DNA from: Azolla caroliniana
Lineage: Eukaryota; Plantae; Polypodiophyta
Assembly: GCA_043228905.1 (NCBI GenBank)
Contig: JBHGNT010000002.1
Span: forward strand, 3,038,001 to 3,102,000
Direction: 5' to 3'
Length of the DNA: 64,000 nucleotides
The notes beneath the pieces were generated by a model. It did not search any database, was not told the DNA's origin, and saw only the letters and a list, made by a program, of their open reading frames with translations. The position numbers and the translations under genes are program-made. Below, one piece after another: positions 12,266-22,566 of this stretch; positions within the stretch are counted from its first letter, which is position 1; each line of letters opens with the position of its first letter.

Positions 12266-14392
12266 ATGAGGGGGTCGGATCTTGCAGAGGCCATGGCTTC
12301 GGCCGTGGATCGGATTGTAAACGCGCGCGAGGGCACTGGTGCCCTCGACAGAGCTATTGAGGCGGTCGTCGGCACGATCGGCCGGTTCGATGGGAAGGAT
12401 GCCACGAAGTATTTGGCGTCCTACGGTGCAGAGATGCTGATGCGGGACATTCCGGAAGAAAGGCGTCTTGCCGGATTTCCCCGAGTGGCGATGCCGAGCA
12501 TCCATGCGGAGGTGCTCGAGGTGCGGGCGGAGAGCCGTACCTGGGAGGAGTTCGAAGGTCGGCTCCTAGAGAAATACGGGCTGGACGACGCGCTCTGGCT
12601 TTCGAAGCGAAGGTTCATGGAATGGGTGGAGTCCCCGGGGAAGGGAAGAAACGCGTCGGCACTCCTCCGGGAGTTCGAGGAAAACTTTGCGCGCCTTTCG
12701 GCGCTCGACCGAACCATCCTGGACACGAGCCGGGTCTTGCTGTTTGTCAAGTCGGTCGACGAGCGGGATCGGGAGCAAGTGGGCCTCTTGCTGGAAACCG
12801 AAGACGGGCTCACTACCGACTGGGCGGCTGTCAAGAAAGTCTGTGGCCGTTTCGACAAACGGCGAGAATGGGCGGATAACGGGGCAACCGGGTCGGGCTC
12901 GGTCGCAGCAAGGAAGCTCGAACCAGCGCCACAGGTGCGAAAGGAAGAGACCCGAGAGTGGTTGGAAACCGGTTCGGCTTCGACCGGCGCAGTCAGAGGC
13001 TCAACCGGAGGAGCGGCACTGGAGGAATTGACGAGGGCGATAAAGGACCTCCAAATCGCGCAAGCCCGAAGGGAAGGTGGCGAACCGGCTCGTGACCGAC
13101 GGCCGGCGGCAGGAAACAGGTGCATGTGGTGCGATGAAGTCGGCCACATTCGGAAGGACTGCGGCGACTTCGCGGAGGCGCTGAGGAACAGGGTGGTGTA
13201 CCTGTGGGAAGGACGGGTGCATGCCAGCGACACCCGGAGGGCCCTGAGCTGAAACGACGGGCGAGGTGGTATGAAAAGGTTGATGGAAGAGGCGGCGGCC
13301 CGACACGCGGAAACCGTCCACTACTCGGTGTCGGCCGGCATTCGAGTCGGGGGCGGCGAGGCCCGAAGGGAAAGCAAAGCCGGATTCTGGCCGACGATGC
13401 TGGAAGGCCTTGCCGGTGCAAGGCTTAAAAGGGAGGAATCGGACCGTGCGGAGAAACGGGTACGGGAGATGACCGGGTGGAGCGACCCGGTCGAGGAAAA
13501 GACGGGCTTCGTGGAAGCCGCTTGCCAGAACTACGAGGCTCTGGTAGAAGAGAAGCGGGTGGGGAAACCCGGGACGACCGGGCCCTCACAACGATACGAG
13601 ACCCGGTCCGGGCCACGACGGGACGAAGCCGGCAGGGCCGGTACGCAAGATAAACCCTAGAAGGGCGGGTACCGTCTGGGGACGGAGATAGAAAGGACCA
13701 CGGACTTACGAAAGGTCCTGGAGGAACGGATCCTCGACAGCAAGGTGGAGCTGTCGTTACGAGAGGTGCTGGGAATCGCCAAGAAGGAGTTCCACGACTC
13801 CATCGTGGACTTGGTGAAACGGAAGAGGCTGTCAACGGAGACAGAACCGGAAAGACCGGTGGAAGTGCGGACGACGCACCTAGACGACATGGCGCTGGGA
13901 GACGAGTGGGCGGAAAGCCACTATTCGAGACCACACTGGGCCCGAGCGACCACGGAAACCCCGGTAAAGATCGGCGATGTCCAGGAACCGGTGATAGCTT
14001 TGGTGGACCACGGATCGGAGATCAATTTGATGTCCATGGACTTCTATAAGAAGGGCAAATGGCCGATCAACACCAAGCACGGGTGGAAAATAAGGGCAGC
14101 AACGCGCGCCACCGAGGAACTGCACGGGGCCTGTCCGAATGTGCGAGTCAAGATCGGCGACGTCGAGATTGACCAGCACTTCTTCGTGCAGGAGACATCT
14201 TCGCATCCGGTCATACTGGGAGAGCCGTACATCACGGCGGCACGAATGGAGACCAAGGTCCTGGACAATGGTTCGGCCTACGCGAGGGTCAAAAGCCAAG
14301 ACGGGCGCCATTCGGTCCAGTTTCTGACGGTACGGCCGAACCACGAACGTAACCGCGACTCCCTCGGTTCCGAAAACCGAGAGGATTTTTAG
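12266..14392 (+). pseudogene. gag: H1 Gag-protease ORF with in-frame stops at 13250 (TGA) and 13658 (TAG)
   Basis: Capsid-like region (GRFDGKDATKYL), knuckle CMWCDEVGHIRKDC, protease ALVDHGSEINLM...VILGEPY. The three listed ORFs (12239, 13271, 13745) share one frame, which ends ...EDF*. Confidence 0.88.
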
Positions 14393-14448
14393 AGAGGACT
14401 GCCAAGGCGTGGGGCCGCGACAGTCCGGATGCTCCGGGAAAACCCCAC
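14383..14448 (+). promoter_or_regulatory. Predicted -1 ribosomal frameshift signal (G_GAT_TTT, 6-nt spacer, H-type pseudoknot)
   Basis: Slippery heptamer at 14383-14389. Stem 1 GGACTG(14396)/CAGTCC(14421), stem 2 GTGGGG(14409)/CCCCAC(14443). The -1 frame is open into pol. Conserved in H2 (22501-22566) and I (28697-28760). Confidence 0.8.
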
Positions 14449-17400
14449 ATCTGTACAATAAAACCGTGTACAATAGGTAGGAAATTTTGCTTCTCCGACA
14501 GCGGAGCATGTACGATGGTCGGCATCGCCGGCCGAGAGAAAACAAAGACGGAGGGGAGACTTCGGGCGTGCGGAGTTCTCGGCCCTGACGAAGAAATCGA
14601 CGGAGCCGTGGAGGCAGTCTCCTTCGACAACACCTTGGGAATGCTGGGGAAGGTAGTCAAAGAAGACCTTAACGAAGACCGGACGATACCGGTATGTTCC
14701 GAAGAAATGTACGAAGTCATCGCGGACTTCGGTCGAGGGCTCGAGTCGGAACGGACGGCCCGAGTTAGCACCAAGTACAAGACTGTGGACCGGAAGGTGA
14801 GGCCAGTTGCGGCGCCCTTACCGGAGGGCAGCGAATCCCGAATCAAAGGGGTTGCATCGGACCCCAGCTTACGAGATCCGGCCTGCATAGGACACACCTT
14901 CACCAACGAAACGCTCCGCGAGCTGAAGATCGGTGGGGGCGGGTTCCTACTGCCGGTGGAGGAAGACCGGTTTCGGAGAATGCTCGGAAGGCACGGGAAA
15001 GCCTTCGCATTCTCACCGGAGGAAATCGGGTGCGTAGACCCGACGATCGTAGAGCCAATGGTGATATTCACGGTACCGCATGTACCGTGGAATCTCAAGC
15101 CAATTCCGGTTCCCAGAGCTCACATCCCGAAGTTGATGGAGCTGTTGAAGCAGAAAGTTGATATGGGCATTCTCGAGCCGTCGAGCGCCCCATATTCAAA
15201 CCGATGGTTTACCGTACCAAAGAAAAACGGATCGTTGCGCTTCATTCAGGACCTGCAGCCGGTCAACAGAGTAACCATTCGGAACGCAGGGATCGGACCG
15301 ACCATAGACGAGTTCGCGGAGGCCTTCGCCGGAAGGTCGATTTACTCGGTCGGTGATCTATACTCAGGGTACGACCAGTTCCAGCTAGCCGTGGAGAGCA
15401 GAGACATTACGACGATGCGAACTCCCCTCGGCCTAGTGCGGATGTGTACGCTGCCGCAAGGAGGGACCAACTCGGTGGCCCACATGGTGAATGCAATGAA
15501 CAAGGTGCTGAGGGACTGCATCCCGGACATCACCATGCCGTTTCTAGACGACATCCCGATCAAGGGATGCCCGGTAGAAGAGAAGGACGAGACGATCGGG
15601 CCGGACGGATGCCGGCGATTCGTGATGACGCACATCGACGACTGCGAGAAGGTGCTGCAAAGGCTAGAGGATGCGAGGCTCACCTTCTCGGGGGAGAAGT
15701 CAGCCTTCGGGCAGTCGGAAATCATGGTGGTCGGACATTTATGTGGACCATATGGCCGGAAACCGTCTCCGGCAAAGGTAGAAGCCATCTCCGCGATGAA
15801 GCCCGATTGCAGCTCGGTCACGGAAGTACGAAGATTCTTGGGAGCATGCGCCTTCTACCACATATGGATCCCGCATTACGCGCACATCGCGGAGCAGCTG
15901 TACGGATTATTGAAGAAAGGGCGAAGATTCGAATGGCTAGACAAGCACACGGAGTCGGTCCGGAAGCTGAAGGAGGCTCTTTCGGTAGCACCGGCGCTCC
16001 GAAAGGCCGTCTACAGGAAGGGCACCCCAGTGTACATAACGGTTGACACGAGTCCGACCGGAATCGGGTGGGTCGTCAACCAAGAAGACGAGGACGGCAA
16101 TCGGTTTCCGATCCGATTCGGCGCGAAGGTCCTCAGTGAGCGGCAGCGAGGATACGCCCAGGTTAAACGCGAACTCTGGGGTATCGTTTCGGCGGTGAAG
16201 GCCGACAAGGACTATCTGATCGGGACAGAGGTAATCATAGAGACGGATTGCATGCCGATTCTCGGCATGGTTTCTGGATGCGCGACGCCGGACCTGGCAA
16301 TGCTCAGGTGGATAGCGTACATCAAGTCCCTGGACCCGGAAATACGACACATTTCCGGGAAAGACAACGCCATGGCCGACATGCTTTCGAGGGCGAGGTT
16401 CGATGACGAGGGCGGCATGGTTTCGGAGGACGAAGAGGTCGACGTGGACTTCTTCGAGGCAGCATACGTAACAACCGACGGGACGAGCACTCCGACGCTT
16501 AACGACTTCGACGCGAGAAAGTACGACGGGGAGTGGCTGCAGATCGGCGGGTTCTTGAGGACAATGGCGCCGGATGCGTCATGGACGAAAGACGAGGCCA
16601 ACCGGATCCGGAAGAAAGCGTACCGGTTCTTTCTCCGGGATGGCTATCTATGGAAGCACCCGAAGAAGAGGGACGGCGCTCCGCTCCGGGTGGTGGCGAT
16701 GAAGGAAGAACAGGAGGAGCTGCTGACGGCCTACCACGACAGCCCTTGGGCCGGACACCGTGGAACTTGGGCCACGTTCGAGAAGATAAAGGAGAAGTAC
16801 TGGTGGCCGGGACTGTACCGGGACGTGCATCGATTCGTGACAACTTGCGAGAGCTGTCAGATGCACTCCGTGGTCCGACACCGGGACGAGCTTCACCCTA
16901 CGTACCCTCCGACCATCCACTTCAAATGGATGGTAGATCTGGTGACGATGCCAATGGGGGTAGGACAGATGCGGAACCTGGTCCTAGCGCGGGAGGATCT
17001 GACGAACCAGGTGGAAGGCCGGGCCCTTCCGAACAAAACGACCGCGGCCGTATGTCGGTTCCTAATCGAGGACGTGATATGCCGGTACGGGTGCGTCGGG
17101 AAGATCGTGGCTGACCGAGGGGAGTTGGACGCCGAAGAAGCCGCGGAGCTGTTCGACCGGCTGGGAGTCAAGCTCTCGCTCACCACTGCGTACAATCCGG
17201 AGGCGAATGGAAAGGTGGAGCGCGGACACGGGCTGATCAGGCCGAGTCGGTAACTGGCCGCGGCTGCTACCTTATGCTTTGTGGGCAGACCGGACCACGC
17301 ACAGTTCGGTAACCGGGTACATGCCGACGGAGCTCATGTTCGGCCAGAAGCCGATCATGCCGATGGAACGGATGATCTCCTCGTGGGCAACGGTCGACTG

Positions 17401-17845
17401 GAGGGACGAGATGAGCCGGGAGGAGTTGTTGGCCGCGCGTATACGACAGCTCGAGCGGAGACCGGAGGACGTGGAACTGGCTGCGGAGAAGCTCCGGGTG
17501 GCGAGGACAAAGAACAAAGCCAGGTTCGACGGAACGCACCGGCTCCGACCGAAGAAAATCGAAGAAGGTGACTGGGTGCTCGTCTACGACAACAGCCTCG
17601 ACAACCAGCACCGAGCTACACGGAAGTTCGCACGAAGGTGGTTCGGGCCTTACGTGGTACGGAGTGCCAATGACAACGGGACATATCACCTGGCGGAACT
17701 CGACGGCACGAGAATGGCGATACCGGTTGCAGGGAAGCGGATCAAAGCGTTCAAGAAGCGACACGACGACGAGCCAGACCCGGCTCTCCTAGTCAGCAGT
17801 GACGAACGATCCGAAAACGAGGAAGAACCGACGGGCGAGGAATGA
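14383..17845 (+). pseudogene. pol: H1 RT-RNaseH-integrase ORF (26-bp deletion near 17235 frameshifts the integrase)
   Basis: RT WFTVPKKNGSLRFIQD, LPQGGTNS and FLDDIPIKG; RH ITVDTSPTGIG and IETDC; IN HDSPWAGH...CESC, VADRGE, ANGKVER and WFGPY. Confidence 0.92.
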
Positions 17846-18329
17846 AGACGGGCCAGTTTTCTCCGTCCCAACTCTCTTGGCGCATACCGGAGGATGCGCG
17901 GTTAGGTGGGGGCGGATGTCGTGAAGAAAACCGTCCATAAGCGGAATCGGCGCACCAAGGCGTGGGAACCGGTTCTTCACGCGCGCACGCTCCAAGTTGT
18001 ACATAGAAGTGAATTAGGAGGATAATCGGCAGGAATGGGCCCTAGCACAAGTGGAGACAAAGACCGCGCGAACAATCTTTTCGGTCGCGCGCGCGTGCTA
18101 ATGAACTGTACGAGTCGGCGGCGGATGCGTGAAGAACGGAGCGGATCCCTGTTCAAAAGGGACAGGGAATAAAGCTGACATGACGGCCTGCTCGTTGGCC
18201 TATATAAGGAGCAGGAAAGAGCTGTTGCAGGGATCTGGCGCAGAGAGGACGAAGTGCTGTCGGACCGTTTCTGGACGCTTCTCTCTCTGTTCCCTTCCTT
18301 CTTGAGCTCCATAGCTTTCTGTGCAGGGT

Positions 18330-18429
18330 NNNNNNNNNNNNNNNNNNNNNNNNNNNNNNNNNNNNNNNNNNNNNNNNNNNNNNNNNNNNNNNNNNNNNNN
18401 NNNNNNNNNNNNNNNNNNNNNNNNNNNNN
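18330..18429. other. Assembly gap (100 N)
   Basis: A run of Ns inside the H1 3' LTR; about 225 bp of LTR is missing relative to the 5' LTR. Confidence 0.99.
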
Positions 18430-18573
18430 ACTCCGTGCTGAAGGGCCGTGTCCCTGTGTATCCCCGGTCCTGCGTAGCCGGTTCTCTCTCTTTCTCCTCC
18501 CTCGCTTGCTCTTTGGTTCGAGACCCCCGCGGTCCCGCCTCGTTTCCACACGCACTTGCATAATATCTTGACA

Positions 18574-18745
18574 ACGGCGTATCTCCAAAAGGAAGGAATT
18601 CGGCGAGAATTCACTTGCCGACACACTTCGCAACAAAACGGAGTAGCCGAGCGTAAAAATCGGCACATTCTCGAAGTAGCACGGGCCATGATGAACGAGA
18701 AGCATATGCCCAAGTCATATTGGGCCGAAGCTGCAAATACGGCCG
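18574..18745 (+). pseudogene. Copia C integrase fragment, inverted relative to the rest of C
   Basis: TAYLQKEGIRREFTCRHTSQQNGVAERKNRHILEVARAMMNEK continues exactly from ...KEYFSDDFT at 25508 on the minus strand. Confidence 0.9.
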
Positions 18746-19077
18746 AAGCTTTATTCCCTGTCCCTTTTGAACAGGGATCCGCTCCGTTCTTCACGCATCC
18801 GCCGCCGACTCGTACAGTTCATTAGCACGCGCGCGCGACCGAAAAGATTGTTCGCGCGGTCTTTGTCTCCACTTGTGCTAGGGCCCATTCCTGCCGATTA
18901 TCCTCCTAATTCGCTTCTATGTACAACTTGGAGCGTGCGCGCGTGAAGAACCGGTTCCCACGCCTTGGTGCGCCGATTCCGCTTATGGACGGTTTTCTTC
19001 ACGACATCCGCCCCCACCTAACCGCGCATCCTCCGGTATGCGCCAAGAGAGTTGGGACGGAGAAAACCGGCCCGTCT

Positions 19078-22000
19078 TCATTCCTCGCCCGTCGGTTCTT
19101 CCTCGTTTTCGGATCGTTCGTCACTGCTGACTAGGAGAGCCGGGTCTGGCTCGTCGTCGTGTCGCTTCTTGAACGCTTTGATCCGCTTCCCTGCAACCGG
19201 TATCGCCATTCTCGTGCCGTCGAGTTCCGCCAGGTGATATGTCCCGTTGTCATTGGCACTCCGTACCACGTAAGGCCCGAACCACCTTCGTGCGAACTTC
19301 CGTGTAGCTCGGTGCTGGTTGTCGAGGCTGTTGTCGTAGACGAGCACCCAGTCACCTTCTTCGATTTTCTTCGGTCGGAGCCGGTGCGTTCGGTCGAACC
19401 TGGCTTTGTTCTTTGTCCTCGCCACCCGGAGCTTCTCCGCAGCCAGTTCCACGTCCTCCGGTCTCCGCTCGAGCTGTCGTATACGCGCGGCCAACAACTC
19501 CTCCCGGCTCATCTCGTCCCTCCAGTCGACCGTTGCCCACGAGGAGATCGTCCGTTCCATCGGCATGATCGGCTTCTGGCCGAACATGAGCTCCGTCGGC
19601 ATGTACCCGGTTACCGAACTGTGCGTGGTCCGGTCTGCCCACAAAGCATAAGGTAGCAGCCGCGGCCAGTTACCGACTCGGCCTCCGCATGCCCGAACCA
19701 ACGCCTTGACGATCGGCCTGTGTCCGCGCTCCACCTTTCCATTCGCCTCCGGATTGTACGCAGTGGTGAGCGAGAGCTTGACTCCCAGCCGGTCGAACAG
19801 CTCCGCGGCTTCTTCGGCGTCCAACTCCCCTCGGTCAGCCACGATCTTCCCGACGCACCTGTACCGGCATATCACGTCCTCGATTAGGAACCGACATACG
19901 GCCGCGGTCGTTTTGTTTGGAAGGGCCCGGCCTTCCACCTGGTTCGTCAGATCCTCCCGCGCTAGGACCAGGTTCCGCATCTGTCCTACCCCCATTGGCA
20001 TCGTCACCAGATCTACCATCCATTTGAAGTGGATGGTCGGAGGGTACGTAGGGTGAAGCTCGTCCCGGTGTCGGACCACGGAGTGCATCTGACAGCTCTC
20101 GCAAGTTGTCACGAATCGATGCACGTCCCGGTACAGTCCTGGCCACCAGTACTTCTCCTTTATCTTCTCGAACGTGGCCCAAGTTCCACGGTGTCCGGCC
20201 CAAGGGCTGTCGTGGTAGGCCGTCAGCAGCTCCTCCTGTTCTTCCTTCATCGCCACCACCCGGAGCGGAGCGCCGTCCCTCTTCTTCGGGTGCTTCCATA
20301 GATAGCCATCCCGGAGAAAGAACCGGTACGCTTTCTTCCGGATCCGGCTGGCCTCGTCTTTCGTCCATGACGCATCCGGCGCCATTGTCCTCAAGAACCC
20401 GCCGATCTGCAGCCACTCCCCGTCGTACTTTCTCGTGTCGAAGTCATTAAGCGTCGGAGTGCTCGTCCCGTCGGTTGTTACGTATGCTGCCTCGAAGAAG
20501 TCCACGTCGACCTCTTCGTCCTCCGAAACCATGCCGCCCTCGTCATCGAACCTCGCCCTCGAAAGCATGTCGGCCATGGCGTTGTCTTTCCCGGAAATGT
20601 GTCGTATTTCCGGGTCCAGGGACTTGATGTACGCTATCCACCTGAGCATTGCCAGGTCCGGCGTCGCGCATCCAGAAACCATGCCGAGAATCGGCATGCA
20701 ATCCGTCTCTATGATTACCTCTGTCCCGATCAGATAGTCCTTGTCGGCCTTCACCGCCGAAACGATACCCCAGAGTTCGCGTTTAACCTGGGCGTATCCT
20801 CGCTGCCGCTCACTGAGGACCTTCGCGCCGAATCGGATCGGAAACCGATTGCCGTCCTCGTCTTCTTGGTTGACGACCCACCCGATTCCAGTCGGACTCG
20901 TGTCAACCGTTATGTACACTGGGGTGCCCTTCCTGTAGACGGCCTTTCGGAGCGCCGGTGCTGCCGAAAGAGCCTCCTTCAGCTTCCGGACCGACTCCGT
21001 GTGCTTGTCTAGCCATTTGAATCTTCGCCCTTTCTTCAATAATCCGTACAGCGGCTCCGCGATGTGCGCGTAATGCGGGATCCATATGTGGTAGAAGGCG
21101 CATGCTCCCAAGAATCTTCGTACTTCCGTGACCGAGCTGCAATCGGGCTTCATCGCGGAGATGGCTTCTACCTTTGCCGGAGACGGTTTCCGGCCATATG
21201 GTCCACATAAATGTCCGACCACCATGATTTCCGACTGCCCGAAGGCTGACTTCTCCCCCGAGAAGGTGAGCCTCGCATCCTCTAGCCTTTGCAGCACCTT
21301 CTCGCAGTCGTCGATGTGCGTCATCACGAATCGCCGGCATCCGTCCGGCCCGATCGTCTCGTCCTTCTCTTCTACCGGGCATCCCTTGATCGGGATGTCG
21401 TCTAGAAACGGCATGGTGATGTCCGGGATGCAGTCCCTCAGCACCTTGTTCATTGCATTCACCATGTGGGCCACCGAGTTGGTCCCTCCTTGCGGCAGCG
21501 TACACATCCGCACTAGGCCGAGGGGAGTTCGCATCGTCGTAATGTCTCTGCTCTCCACGGCTAGCTGGAACTGGTCGTACCCTGAGTATAGATCACCGAC
21601 CGAGTAAATCGACCTTCCGGCGAAGGCCTCCGCGAACTCGTCTATGGTCGGTCCGATCCCTGCGTTCCGAATGGTTACTCTGTTGACCGGCTGCAGGTCC
21701 TGAATGAAGCGCAACGATCAGTTTTTCTTTGGTACGGTAAACCATCGGTTTGAATATGGGGCGCTCGACGGCTCGAGAATGCCCATATCAACTTTCTGCT
21801 TCAACAGCTCCATCAACTTCGGGATGTGAGCTCTGGGAACCGGAATTGGCTTGAGATTCCACGGTACATGCGGTACCGTGAATATCACCATTGGCTCTAC
21901 GATCGTCGGGTCTACGCACCCGATTTCCTCCGGTGAGAATGCGAAGGCTTTCCCGTGCCTTCCGAGCATTCTCCGAAACCGGTCTTCCTCCACCGGCAGT

Positions 22001-22566
22001 AGGAACCCGCCCCCACCGATCTTCAGCTCGCGGAGTGTTTCGTTGGTGAAGGTGTGTCCTATGCAGGCCGGATCTCGTAAGTTGGGGTCCGATGCAACCC
22101 CTTTGATTCGGGATTCGCTGCCCTCCGGTAAGGGCGCCGCAACTGGCCTCACCTTCCGGTCCACAGTCTTGTACTTGGTGCTAACTCGGGCCGTCCGTTC
22201 CGACTCGAGCCCTCGACCGAAGTCCGCGATGACTTCGTACATTTCTTCGGAACATACCGGTATCGTCCGGTCTTCGTTAAGGTCTTCTTCGACTACCTTC
22301 CCCAGCATTCCCAAGGTGTCGTCGAAGGAGACTGCCTCCACGGCTCCGTCGATTTCTTCGTCAGGGCCGAGAACTCCGCACGCCCGAAGTCTCCCCTCCG
22401 TCTTTGTTTTCTCTCGGCCGGCGATGCCGACCATCGTACATGCTCCGCTGTCGGAGAAGCAAAATTTCCTACCTATTGTACACGGTTTTATCGTACAGAT
22501 GTGGGGTTTTCCCGGAGCATCCGGACTGTCGCGGCCCCACGCCTTGGCAGTCCTCTCTAAAAATCC
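19078..22566 (-). pseudogene. pol: H2 RT-RNaseH-integrase ORF (one TGA at 21718-21720)
   Basis: ORFs 21718-22434 and 19078-21714 share one frame. A GGA>TGA change interrupts KKNGS. The integrase is complete. Confidence 0.92.

Larger units (their letters stand above)
11442..18573 (+). mobile_element. Gypsy H1, tRNA-Trp-primed, non-chromovirus
   Basis: 5' LTR at 11442-12222 (TGTCGTGAAG...TCTTGACA), PBS at 12226-12242, PPT AGGTGGGGGCGGA before 17917, 3' LTR at 17917-18573 spanning the N gap. Domain order gag-PR-RT-RH-IN. Confidence 0.93.

Noticed and set aside
18746-18751. HindIII site at the inversion/deletion junction as a Hi-C ligation artefact
   Set aside because: It lacks the filled-in AAGCTAGCTT signature, and the parental sequences do not both carry AAGCTT there.
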